From an uncultured Candidatus Saccharibacteria bacterium (GTDB taxonomy: Bacteria > Patescibacteriota > Minisyncoccia > Minisyncoccales > JANBVM01): DNA of 64,000 nucleotides. The notes below the pieces were generated by a model. It had not been told where the DNA came from, searched no databases, and saw only the letters and a list, made by a program, of their open reading frames with translations. Below are positions 36,003 to 45,703 of the stretch, piece after piece (the stretch's first letter is position 1; each line of letters starts with the position of its first letter). The position numbers and the translations under genes are program-made. Where the stretch lies: NCBI GenBank assembly GCA_964493485.1, contig CAZBMQ010000002.1, positions 45,335 to 109,334 on the forward strand, read 5' to 3'.

Positions 36003-37415
36003 TTATTCTTCTAATTTTTTCTTTAATACTTTTTTCAACTCTTTTATCTTCACCCTGTCCTGCTCCATAGTGTCTCTGTCTCTTATGGTCACATCTTTCT
36101 GTTCCAAGCTCTCAAAATCAATGGTCACAGCAAAAGGAACACCAATCTCATCTGCCCTCCGGTATCTTCTTCCAATTGAACCTACCTCGTCATATTGACA
36201 TACAAAGTCTTTTTTCAATAAATCATAAACCTCCTTTGCTTTCTTGACTAATTCTGGTTTATTTTTAAGTAAAGGCAAAACCATCACCTTTATTGGAGCC
36301 AGTTTCTTATTTATTTTAAGCACAACTTCAATTTCTTTTGTCGCTTTTGTTGTTTTTGTTCTTCCTCCCCTAACTTCTTCATAACTATTGCACAGCACAG
36401 CAAACATAATTCTTTCTATTCCACATGAAGGTTCAATAACATAGGGGATATAATATTTTTTTGTTTTCTCATCAAAATATTTTAAATCCACTCCTGAAAA
36501 CTCTTGGTGCTGTTTCAAGTCAAAATCTGTTCTGTTTGCTATTCCTTCTATTTCCCCCCAACCAAAAGGAAACTCATATTCAATATCAATGCAAGACTTG
36601 GCATAGTGGGCAAGCTCTTCTTTCTCATGGGGCCGGATTCTTAATTTCTTTTCTGGAAAACCCAATTCGCTAACATACCACTCCATTCTGTTTTCCACCC
36701 ATTCTTCAAAAGCCTTTTCGTCTTCTCCTGGTTTTACAAAATATTCCAATTCCATCTGCTCGAATTCTCTCACCCTAAAAATAAAATTCCTTGGTGTAAT
36801 TTCATTCCTAAAAGCCTTTCCGATCTGAGCTATTCCAAAAGGAATTTTCAATCTTTGGGTATCCATTATGTTTTTATAATTTATAAATATCCCCTGAGCA
36901 GTTTCTGGTCTTAAATAGGCTATAGAGCTTGTATCTTCTACAGGACCTATAAAAGTCTTAAACATTAAATTAAACTGACGGGGAAGCATAAGCTCCCCTC
37001 CACACTCAGGACATCTTATTTTCTTTATAGCTTTTTCAATATCTTTTTGTTCTTCTTCTGTAAAAAGTCCGTGTTCGTCAAGTTTTGCAGAATTTTTAAA
37101 ATCTTCTATCAAATGATCTGCTCTGAACCTTTTATGACATTTCTTGCATTCAGATAAAGGGTCCACAAAGCTTTTCACATGACCTGAAGCTTCCCATACT
37201 TTAGGATTGAATATAACTGAAGAATCTAGTCCTACGACATCATCTCTTTGCCAAACTATATTCTTCCACCAAGATCTTTTGATATTATTCTTTAACTCAA
37301 CGCCAAGAGGTCCAAAATCATAAAAACCAGCTAACCCGCCATAAATTTCTGAAGAAGGAAAGATAAACCCCCTTCTTTTGCATAGAGAAATAATTTTATC
37401 TATTACATCAGCCAT
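36003..37415 (-). CDS. glyQS: Glycyl-tRNA synthetase (alpha2 type)
   Basis: Class II aaRS with GlyRS blocks (FPSSEIYGG, LRPETAQG, PSCGIERI) and a C-terminal anticodon-binding domain. Confidence 0.95.
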   Translation of the reverse strand: MADVIDKIISLCKRRGFIFPSSEIYGGLAGFYDFGPLGVELKNNIKRSWWKNIVWQRDDVVGLDSSVIFNPKVWEASGHVKSFVDPLSECKKCHKRFRADHLIEDFKNSAKLDEHGLFTEEEQKDIEKAIKKIRCPECGGELMLPRQFNLMFKTFIGPVEDTSSIAYLRPETAQGIFINYKNIMDTQRLKIPFGIAQIGKAFRNEITPRNFIFRVREFEQMELEYFVKPGEDEKAFEEWVENRMEWYVSELGFPEKKLRIRPHEKEELAHYAKSCIDIEYEFPFGWGEIEGIANRTDFDLKQHQEFSGVDLKYFDEKTKKYYIPYVIEPSCGIERIMFAVLCNSYEEVRGGRTKTTKATKEIEVVLKINKKLAPIKVMVLPLLKNKPELVKKAKEVYDLLKKDFVCQYDEVGSIGRRYRRADEIGVPFAVTIDFESLEQKDVTIRDRDTMEQDRVKIKELKKVLKKKLEE

Positions 37416-37431
37416 ATTTTTGTATTAATAT

Positions 37432-39099
37432 CTACTTTACAATACCCATTTCTTCTGTTATAGATGCATCGTCTGGTAAGGTAGTGTCTATAGCAGAATC
37501 TGAATATTGTATAATTGTTTCTGTCCAAGTATCCTCTCCTGTTATCTTAACGGGACCAATAAGGTTTGGGCTTTTATTTCTTTGAAGTTCACTTGGGGTA
37601 AGGGCAACCTGAAACGCTATCGTTAAGCCTTCTTTTGTAACACCAATACCCCTTTCAAGATCTCCAAGAGACCAAACAATCTCTCTTGATTGAGAATCAA
37701 ATGTAAATTTAGGAACCTCTTCTTCTGGAAAAATTTCTCCTGTCAGTTCTACATTTTCTGGCAATACAGCTTTTACTTTTGCGTTTTTTACATCAGAATA
37801 ATAGTTCTTCACATGCCACATTATAGTATATGTTGTCTTCTTGCCAACCTCCGGCGGAATTGGGCCTGAATTTCCAAACACTTCATCTTGGAAATATCCT
37901 TTTTGTACTATCTCCAGTTTTGAACTGATTTTGGTAACAAATTCTTCTTTTGCTTGACCTATAAAAACTGTATTCCTCAAGGTTGGGTTTTTTACATTCC
38001 CCAAATCATCTTTTAATTTTATCCAGAATTCAACCTTCCCTTCTTCTAAAGGAACCAGATATTGAAGTTTAGGAACCTTTCTCCAGTCGAATACTATTGA
38101 GTTATCTCCTTCTTGATAGTTTCCTGTATCTGATTTTATTGTAGTAAAATCAAAAGCCTCTCCTTCAAGCCTGCTTACCATAAATAGATTATTCAGTCCT
38201 TCATCACCTATGTTTTTGAAAAATATTTCATAATGAAGCCAATCGCCAGGCAAAGCAACATATTGAGGATTTCCATTTATTTCTTGTCTTAAATATAAAA
38301 GAGGTTTAACAATTTCTACTCCCTTAGTTATTTCTTTCAATAAAATAAATTCTCCATCTTTTAAGATTCCTAATTTAGCCTTAAAAATTCTTGCTTCTCC
38401 TACATTACCTGAAAGCTTTCCAACTACTTCAATTCTTCCACCTTCAGCTTTATTCAATACAGGAATTTCCCAGTCTGTTTTTTCAATAGACTTTGGTGTA
38501 GACCTAATAAACTCAAAACCAAAAGGGTATTCAATCTGACACCTTAAATCAGTCAAAAGATAATCAACATTTGAAAAATAATTTATTCTAAAAATAAATT
38601 CTTTGTCTGCCCCTACTTTTGAGGGTAAATCAAATTCAAATGTGATAGGAGCTGATTTAATTTGAGTAGTAAAGCTCGAAGAAGATTCATATCTAGCTTT
38701 TAAATCTTTAGGCTGATAACTCAAAGTGGCTCTCGCTATTTTTATCTCTCCTTCCTTGCCCAATAACTTCATTTTAAAAGAAATTGTTTTTTCTTCTCCA
38801 GGATAAATAGCATCACCCAACTGGTCTGTTCCCAAAGTCTCTCTCTCAAAAATTTTATCATCGCGTATAGAATATTTTGGAGCTTCAAATATTAACTCAG
38901 GATTATCTAAACGAAAGTTTCCATTGTTTTTATATCTGATAACATATTCTACCTCCTGTCCAAGTTCAGCTTCTGAAGGACCTAAAATCTCGAGTTTTAA
39001 AATTTCTTTTGAAAAAAGATTGCCCTGCCAATTCCAAAAAAAGCCAGCTATCCCGGCAATTATTGCTAATATTAATAAAAATCCAAAAAATTTATTCAT
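37432..39099 (-). CDS. Membrane-anchored extracytoplasmic repeat protein (DUF11/CARDB-like beta-sandwich repeats)
   Basis: N-terminal TM segment FFGFLLILAIIAGIAGFFW, then repeated blocks of the form G.x.Y.I..KN.G (GQEVEYVIRYKNNGN, GDWLHYEIFFKNIGD, GKKTTYTIMWHVKN). Confidence 0.7.
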   Translation of the reverse strand: MNKFFGFLLILAIIAGIAGFFWNWQGNLFSKEILKLEILGPSEAELGQEVEYVIRYKNNGNFRLDNPELIFEAPKYSIRDDKIFERETLGTDQLGDAIYPGEEKTISFKMKLLGKEGEIKIARATLSYQPKDLKARYESSSSFTTQIKSAPITFEFDLPSKVGADKEFIFRINYFSNVDYLLTDLRCQIEYPFGFEFIRSTPKSIEKTDWEIPVLNKAEGGRIEVVGKLSGNVGEARIFKAKLGILKDGEFILLKEITKGVEIVKPLLYLRQEINGNPQYVALPGDWLHYEIFFKNIGDEGLNNLFMVSRLEGEAFDFTTIKSDTGNYQEGDNSIVFDWRKVPKLQYLVPLEEGKVEFWIKLKDDLGNVKNPTLRNTVFIGQAKEEFVTKISSKLEIVQKGYFQDEVFGNSGPIPPEVGKKTTYTIMWHVKNYYSDVKNAKVKAVLPENVELTGEIFPEEEVPKFTFDSQSREIVWSLGDLERGIGVTKEGLTIAFQVALTPSELQRNKSPNLIGPVKITGEDTWTETIIQYSDSAIDTTLPDDASITEEMGIVK

Positions 39100-39129
39100 A
39101 GTCTTTTAAATATATGTATTTTTATTATA

Positions 39130-39864
39130 TCATATTTCTCCAACCTGTTCTGAAATAAATTCAAAATAATACTTAGAAAGTTTGTCTAACTCCTGAAAAT
39201 GTTTTTCTTTAAGTTTTAATCTATATATATAATTCTTTTCTTTTTTAAGAACCACTCTTAATATCTTTATAACATCTGAGCTAACTTCTTTGGCAGAGTT
39301 TTCTTTTAAAAAACATTTTTCGCAAACCACTCCACCATGCTGCGGACTGAAATATAATTTCTGAGGCTCCAATTCCCCCTGACATAAAACACATTTATAA
39401 AGCTCAGGAGCATAACCCAAAAGAGAAAGAAAGTTCCAAAAAAAATAATGATAGATTATTTTAGGATTTCTCTTCTTTGTATCAAGTTTATCCAAGTCTC
39501 TAAAGGTTTCAACTAAGAGATTCCAAATTCTTTCATCTGGCTCTTGGCCGTGGATTAATGCATCTAGAACTTCAGAAATCTCAAGAGCTATTGTAGATTT
39601 TTCTAAATCTCTGCTTAAGTTTTTGAATTTTTCAATCAAGATTGCATCTGTTAAGGTTTTATGAGCTTTGCCTTGAATAAATTCAATCTCTGAGAGATAA
39701 AAAAGATCTATACCCGCTCTCAGTTTTGAAGAAATCTTTCTTATAGCTTTTCCTAAAATCTCTAATCTGCCAAAATCCTTTGTATAAATACTAAATAGCT
39801 GATCTGCCTCTTTTCTATCAACTTTTTTTAAAACGATTCCTTGTGTCCTGTAATGAATAAACAT
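39130..39864 (-). CDS. recO: DNA repair protein RecO
   Basis: N-terminal OB-fold block GIVLKKVDRKEADQLFSIYTKDFGR and a C-terminal zinc site CVLC...CEKC. Confidence 0.85.
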   Translation of the reverse strand: MFIHYRTQGIVLKKVDRKEADQLFSIYTKDFGRLEILGKAIRKISSKLRAGIDLFYLSEIEFIQGKAHKTLTDAILIEKFKNLSRDLEKSTIALEISEVLDALIHGQEPDERIWNLLVETFRDLDKLDTKKRNPKIIYHYFFWNFLSLLGYAPELYKCVLCQGELEPQKLYFSPQHGGVVCEKCFLKENSAKEVSSDVIKILRVVLKKEKNYIYRLKLKEKHFQELDKLSKYYFEFISEQVGEI

Positions 39865-40389
39865 TTATTTACCAAATATCTCTTTTCTTTTTAACCATCT
39901 TATTTTTCTCTCAATCTCTTGTCTTTCTTCTTGGGGTTTACCCCATTTTTCCCTCTCTAAACCTTTTATAATTTTAGGAATATCTTTTTTGTCAAGATAA
40001 TAAGTTTTTCCAGTATATTTTTTAATCTTCTTTTTTAATTCATTTCCTATTTCTCTTCTTTCTTTTTCTGTAAACATCTTCCCTCCTGTGCCAGGAATAT
40101 ATGGAGAAGCTTTTCTTATTTCTTCTAAAAACTTAGATATTGGAATCTGAGATTTTCCTCTAAATATGGTCATGTCCTTTTCTTCTAAAGAAGATTTTGA
40201 ACTAGAGGGTTTCTCTCTTAAAGACTTCTGAGGAAGCTTTGGTCCTCTTATTAATTCTCCTACTCCCTTAACAAAATCCTTGGCAAGCCCTTTACCAAAT
40301 TTTCCTATAGAACTCCTAAAAGACTTTGGTTTTTCTCCAGCTGGTCCGGTGGGAAAAGGTCTGGGAGGTAGCTCATCATCTAAAGGCAT
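39865..40389 (-). CDS. Hypothetical basic 174-aa protein
   Basis: ORF abuts the recO start with no gap. It is Lys/Pro-rich and low-complexity, with no recognisable motif. Confidence 0.5.
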   Translation of the reverse strand: MPLDDELPPRPFPTGPAGEKPKSFRSSIGKFGKGLAKDFVKGVGELIRGPKLPQKSLREKPSSSKSSLEEKDMTIFRGKSQIPISKFLEEIRKASPYIPGTGGKMFTEKERREIGNELKKKIKKYTGKTYYLDKKDIPKIIKGLEREKWGKPQEERQEIERKIRWLKRKEIFGK

Positions 40390-40403
40390 ATTAAATGGAA
40401 GTT

Positions 40404-43400
40404 TTATTTTTTAACCTTTTTAATGTAAAGATATAATTTTTCTCCATCGATTTCTATTTGTTTTTTCACTTTAAATCCAGCTTTGCCTTCTTTTAAATCT
40501 TTGGCTCTTGTTTTATTGACTATCTTTATTTTATTCTTTAACAAGAACTCCTTTATCCTCTCACTTGCCTCAAAATAAATCAATATTGTATCTCTGGGAG
40601 TAAAACCTCCCTCTTTTCTCGTCTGTTGTAAATTTCTAATAATTTCTCTTAGGTTCCCCTCTTCTTTTAAATCAGGACTAATTTTTGTGTCTAATTCTAC
40701 TTTCTCTTTAAGGGAAGAGTCGGAAACTATTTCTTTTATATTCACTTCATCTTTTATCAAACCTAATATTTCTTTATATTCCTTAAATTCTTTATTAATC
40801 TTTAGTGTCTGTAATGGTTGTCTTATTTTAATACCAGCTTTTGCTCTTTCTGACAACGCCAATTTTACTACTTCTCTCGCTTCTTTCATTTTTTCATTTA
40901 ATTTATTATCGATTGCCTTTTTATCAGCCTTAGGCCAATCTTCTAAATGAACTGATTTTGTTTTGTATCCTAAACCTTTCAATCCCTGATAAACAGCCTC
41001 GCTTACAAAAGGAATAAATGGAGCTGTCAATTTAACTAAATTCAAAAGTACAAAACCTAAAGTTTTTGAACCCCACACAAAATCTCTCTTTGTTTTTTTA
41101 TCAAGAATAACGCTCTGTTTGGACAAAGAATGAAATCTGGGTCTAGATCTCCTTATATACCAAAGAGAAAGGTCTTCGATAGTGAAAGCTTCAATCAAAC
41201 GAGCAGCTCCTGTGATATCATATTTTTCTAATAACTCTGTTGCCTCCAAAATCAATTTATTTAGTTTGGAAATAATCCATTTATCTAAAATATTCGGGCT
41301 TTTAGGTGCTTTAGAGGTTACTCTAATATGATTCTTTGGAGTATAGGTAATAAAGAAAGAAAAACAATTCCATAGGGTCATAATAAAACGCTTCAATCTT
41401 TCTTCCACTTCTTTTTCTGAAAACAACTTCGGATCACCAGGCTGACTCATAGTATAAAAACACCATCTTACGGCATCTATCCCATATTTCTCAACCACAT
41501 ACCAAGGGTCTACTATGTTGCCCTTTGATTTAGACATCTTTTCTCCTTTTTCATCTAAAATATGTCCTAAAGAAACAACATTTTTATAAGACGGACCCTT
41601 TCCCAGCAAGGTTGAAATAGCTAAAAGGGTATAAAACCAACCTCTGGTTTGATCAACTGCTTCACAAATAAAGTCAGCTGGGTATTGGATTTTTTTATCA
41701 ATCAATTTCTTATTCTCAAAAGGATAATGATATTGAGCAAAAGGCATTGTTCCTGAATCAAACCAGCAATCAATCACTTCTGGAACCCTTTCCATTATTC
41801 CATTGCAATGCTTGCAATAAAATTTCACTTCATCTATATAGGGACGGTGAAAATCAAGTTCTCCTTTTTCATTAAAAGGCATTAATACAAAATCTATTTC
41901 CTTTAACTGACCTGGTTTTATTGTCTTTCTTTTTAATTTTTGTTTAACAAGTTCTTCTTTTGAAAGCCCCTTTAAAGCCCCTTCCAAAAGCCAAAGGGGA
42001 TCTCCATGGCTAACAATTAATATCTTTTTATTCTTATATTTTTTATCAATCTGCTTCAAAAATTTAAGCATTCTCTTTCTACAACTGAGCCATGTCTCTC
42101 CGCCTTTTGGTTTTTTATAAAACCTATCTTTTATGTCGGGAAAAGCTTTAAAAAGTTCTGTTTTTTTCTTTCCCCGATAAATCCCTAAATTTACATCCCT
42201 CAACTTTTTATCAAACTTTACTTTAATGCCAAGCTCTTTGGCAACAATTTCTGCGGTTTCTTTTGTTCTTTTGTAGTCTGAAGAAAATATTAAATCAATT
42301 TTTAACTTTTTTAACCTTTTAGCAACCTTCTTTATTTCTTCAACTCCCTTTTTGGTCAAGCCTAAGGAAAAATCAGCTGATTTAGGATAGATTATACCCT
42401 TCAATTCATCAATGTATTTTGTGGTGCCGTGACGAAGAACAAAATACCTGTTTGTGGTATATTTCTGCTCCAAAAGATCTTTTCTGCCGCCTATTACTTC
42501 TATATTTGAGCATGACTTACATTGCCATACCGGCAATGGAGTACCCCAGTATCTTTCTCTTGAAAGGGCCCAGTCCTTTACATCCCTCAACCATTCACCA
42601 AACCTTCCTTCTTTTATATATGAGGGCACCCAATTAATCTTTTTATTATTCTCAATCAATTCTTTCTTTATCTTTTTCATTCTTATAAACCAGCTCTTTT
42701 TAGCATAATAAAGCAGAGGTGTCTTGCATCTCCAACAGAAAGGATAATCATGTTCATATAATTCCTCTTTAAATAACAGGTTTCTTTCTTTCAAATCTTC
42801 TATAATTAATGGATCTGCATCTTTGAAAAACATCCCCGCCCATTTTTGAACATCAAGATTAAACCTGCCTTCTTTGTTTACGGTCAACAAAATTGGTATC
42901 TCTGGAATCCCCTTTGCCTTATATTCTTTATTTATGTTCCTCACAGCCTCCATATCCTCTTCTCCAAAAGCAGGAGCTATATGAACCAAGCCTGTCCCCT
43001 CATCTAAGGAAACAAAATCTGCCAAGATGGTCTTGTATGCTTTTTTAGAAGTTTCATAATGCAAAGGGTATAAAGGTTCGTATCTTAAATCAGCTAATTC
43101 TTTACCTTTAAATCTCTCAACAACCTCCCCCTCCACACCGCTTGGAGAAATTCTATCTTCAGCCAATATCAAATACTCATTATTTACCTTCACCTTTGCA
43201 TAAGTAAACTCAGGATTTATAGCAACAGCTACATTCCCTGGCAATGTCCAGGGGGTGGTTGTCCAAATTAACAAATAAGAATCTTTAAATTCTAAATTCT
43301 TTACTCTCAACTTTACATATAGAGAAGGTTCTTTTATTTTTTTATAACCCTGGGCCACCTCATGGGTTGACAAAGATGTACCGCATCTCGGACAATAATG

Positions 43401-43925
43401 CACTACCCTAAAGTCTTTATATAAAAATCCTTTCTTGTAGATTTGTTTAAGAATCCACCAAACAGATTCAATATATTCTGGACTATATGTAATATAGGCA
43501 TTTTCCAAGTCCAACCAAAAACCAATTCTTTCTGTCAGCCTCTCCCAATCCCTCTTATATTTCCACACAGATGCTTTGCATTTTTTATTAAACTTTGCAA
43601 CCCCATACCGCTCTATATCTTTCTTTGACTTCAAACCAAGCTCTTTCTCTATCTCTAGTTCAACTGGCAAACCATGTGTATCCCATCCGCCTTTTCTCAC
43701 AACCTCAAAACCTTTCATAGTTTTATAACGACACTCCAGGTCTTTAAAAGAACGGGTCAAAACATGATGAATACCAGGCCTTCCATTCGCTGTTGGAGGA
43801 CCTTCATAAAATACAAATCTTGGCTTACCTCTTGTCTTTTTTAAGCTTTTTTTAAATATTTCTTTTTCTTTCCAGAATTTCAAAACTCTTTCTTCTTGTT
43901 TGGGAAAATTAGTCTTCATACACAT
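40404..43925 (-). CDS. ileS: Isoleucyl-tRNA synthetase carrying an internal histidine-phosphatase (PGAM-like) domain
   Basis: Class I blocks PGIHHV, CP1 WTTTPWTLPGN, KMSKS. An insert of about 190 aa at aa 492-685 carries VLRHGTT, SSDYKRTKETA, GGETW, IVSHGDP. The likely start is Met3 (43919). Confidence 0.95.
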   Translation of the reverse strand: MCMKTNFPKQEERVLKFWKEKEIFKKSLKKTRGKPRFVFYEGPPTANGRPGIHHVLTRSFKDLECRYKTMKGFEVVRKGGWDTHGLPVELEIEKELGLKSKKDIERYGVAKFNKKCKASVWKYKRDWERLTERIGFWLDLENAYITYSPEYIESVWWILKQIYKKGFLYKDFRVVHYCPRCGTSLSTHEVAQGYKKIKEPSLYVKLRVKNLEFKDSYLLIWTTTPWTLPGNVAVAINPEFTYAKVKVNNEYLILAEDRISPSGVEGEVVERFKGKELADLRYEPLYPLHYETSKKAYKTILADFVSLDEGTGLVHIAPAFGEEDMEAVRNINKEYKAKGIPEIPILLTVNKEGRFNLDVQKWAGMFFKDADPLIIEDLKERNLLFKEELYEHDYPFCWRCKTPLLYYAKKSWFIRMKKIKKELIENNKKINWVPSYIKEGRFGEWLRDVKDWALSRERYWGTPLPVWQCKSCSNIEVIGGRKDLLEQKYTTNRYFVLRHGTTKYIDELKGIIYPKSADFSLGLTKKGVEEIKKVAKRLKKLKIDLIFSSDYKRTKETAEIVAKELGIKVKFDKKLRDVNLGIYRGKKKTELFKAFPDIKDRFYKKPKGGETWLSCRKRMLKFLKQIDKKYKNKKILIVSHGDPLWLLEGALKGLSKEELVKQKLKRKTIKPGQLKEIDFVLMPFNEKGELDFHRPYIDEVKFYCKHCNGIMERVPEVIDCWFDSGTMPFAQYHYPFENKKLIDKKIQYPADFICEAVDQTRGWFYTLLAISTLLGKGPSYKNVVSLGHILDEKGEKMSKSKGNIVDPWYVVEKYGIDAVRWCFYTMSQPGDPKLFSEKEVEERLKRFIMTLWNCFSFFITYTPKNHIRVTSKAPKSPNILDKWIISKLNKLILEATELLEKYDITGAARLIEAFTIEDLSLWYIRRSRPRFHSLSKQSVILDKKTKRDFVWGSKTLGFVLLNLVKLTAPFIPFVSEAVYQGLKGLGYKTKSVHLEDWPKADKKAIDNKLNEKMKEAREVVKLALSERAKAGIKIRQPLQTLKINKEFKEYKEILGLIKDEVNIKEIVSDSSLKEKVELDTKISPDLKEEGNLREIIRNLQQTRKEGGFTPRDTILIYFEASERIKEFLLKNKIKIVNKTRAKDLKEGKAGFKVKKQIEIDGEKLYLYIKKVKK

Positions 43926-43971
43926 TTAAAATATCATTTTAGGCTATTTTTTTCAATTTAACCTTTTATAT

Positions 43972-45696
43972 TTACATCTTTTTTAAAACTTTTATCCCAA
44001 GAAGATTCAAACCATTTTTTATAACTTGAGAAGCAGCCTTAACCAAGGATAAACGAGCATTTTGAAGCCCCTTAGTTTCAGCCTTTAAAACAGGAAGGGA
44101 CTCATAAAAATTGTTAAATGCTTGGGCTGTTTCAAAAAGAAAATTGCAAATTAGGTTGGGACTGTATTTCTCTGCAGCCTGCAACACAATCTCTGGGAAT
44201 TGCAAAAGTAATTTAATAAGTGCCTGTTCTTTTTCTTGCTTCAGTCTTAAAAGATATCGTCCTGAGATTATTTTTGTTTTTGCTTTTCTCAAAATACTGC
44301 AGGCTCTTGCATAGGTATACTGAAGATATACACCAGAATTGCCTTGCAAGGAAATAGATTCATCAAAATCAAATGCTATTTCTGTGGGTGGACTTACCTT
44401 TAAGAAAGAATATTTAACAGCACCTACAGCTATTGTTTCTGCAGCCTTGTCAGAAACCAAGGGAAAATTCTTTTTTATTCTTCTTTTTACTTCGTCTAAA
44501 AGCCATTCTCCTGGTATTACGTTTCCCTTTCTAGAACTCATTTTCCCTCCTTTCAATCTTACCCAACCGGAAACAAGATGGTATTCCCTTCCTTTTGTAT
44601 AAGGAAACACTTGTTCTAGAGCAAAGAAGATGACTTTAAAATAATCTGACTGCTCTGGTCCCACATTATGAATAATCAGGTCAGGATTATACTCTTTAAA
44701 CTGAAGTCTTGCCAACTCCATCTCTTTTGCTTCATAGGTAGCATTGCCTTCTTTGGTAATAAACACACGGTCATGAAGGCCATATTTTGATCCCGGAAAA
44801 ATAATAGCTCCTTTGCTTTTCTCAAAAATGCCTTTTTCTAAAAATCTCAAAACAATTTCTTTTCCCTTCTTGGTTACTTCATCTTCAAAATAATATCTAT
44901 CAAAACTGGTATAGACCCTCTTATATATTCTCTCAAAATAATCCAAGCTCCATTGTCGTGTCTCTCGCCATAAATCTTTAATCTTCGGATCTTTATTATA
45001 TATCTGTTTGTTTATTTTCAAAATTTCCTCCTTTGCCTTTTCGTTTTTTTCATAGGCTGTATTTCCTTTTACATAACATTCTGCTAAAAACTCAATTTTT
45101 TTATCCAAAGTATTTAGTTTCTTTAACCTGCTTTTAAAATCTTTAACCTGTTTCACTACCCAAAGACATTTTGCAATATGTAAGCCCACATCCCCCTGAT
45201 AATTGGCTCTTATTACTTTTGTCCCAATGGCTTCTAAAATTCTAGCTATTGCTTCCCCATTTGTAATATTCCGTAAGTGACCGATATGAAAGATTTTATG
45301 GGTGTTTGGGTGAGCATATTCTACCATTATTGTCTTTCCTTTTCCAATTTTGCTCGTTCCATATTTCTTTCTCTTTTTAAAAATTTGGTTAATCTGTTTT
45401 GCCAAATATTCTTTTGAAAGAAATATGTTGATAAAGCCTGGTTCTACAGCTTCAATCTTATCAAAAAATAACTTAGCAGACTTGTTTAACTCTTTTGCGA
45501 TTAATTCTGCTATTGTGATAGGCTTTATCTTTGCCGCTTTGCTTATCTGTAAAGCAATATTTGTGGAATAATCTCCATGCTCTCTTTCCTTTGGATGTTC
45601 GATTTTTACTGCAGGAATTTCAAAAATAGGAATTTTTCTTTCCTTCTGAAGATTTAATATTGTATTTTTTATTAAGTTCTTTATTTCCTCTTTCAT
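43972..45696 (-). CDS. argS: Arginyl-tRNA synthetase
   Basis: Class I aaRS with YAHPNTHKIFHIGHLR, an MSSRKG (KMSKS-like) motif, and a C-terminal DALR domain ending in M. Confidence 0.95.
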   Translation of the reverse strand: MKEEIKNLIKNTILNLQKERKIPIFEIPAVKIEHPKEREHGDYSTNIALQISKAAKIKPITIAELIAKELNKSAKLFFDKIEAVEPGFINIFLSKEYLAKQINQIFKKRKKYGTSKIGKGKTIMVEYAHPNTHKIFHIGHLRNITNGEAIARILEAIGTKVIRANYQGDVGLHIAKCLWVVKQVKDFKSRLKKLNTLDKKIEFLAECYVKGNTAYEKNEKAKEEILKINKQIYNKDPKIKDLWRETRQWSLDYFERIYKRVYTSFDRYYFEDEVTKKGKEIVLRFLEKGIFEKSKGAIIFPGSKYGLHDRVFITKEGNATYEAKEMELARLQFKEYNPDLIIHNVGPEQSDYFKVIFFALEQVFPYTKGREYHLVSGWVRLKGGKMSSRKGNVIPGEWLLDEVKRRIKKNFPLVSDKAAETIAVGAVKYSFLKVSPPTEIAFDFDESISLQGNSGVYLQYTYARACSILRKAKTKIISGRYLLRLKQEKEQALIKLLLQFPEIVLQAAEKYSPNLICNFLFETAQAFNNFYESLPVLKAETKGLQNARLSLVKAASQVIKNGLNLLGIKVLKKM

Positions 45697-45703
45697 CGTA
45701 AAA

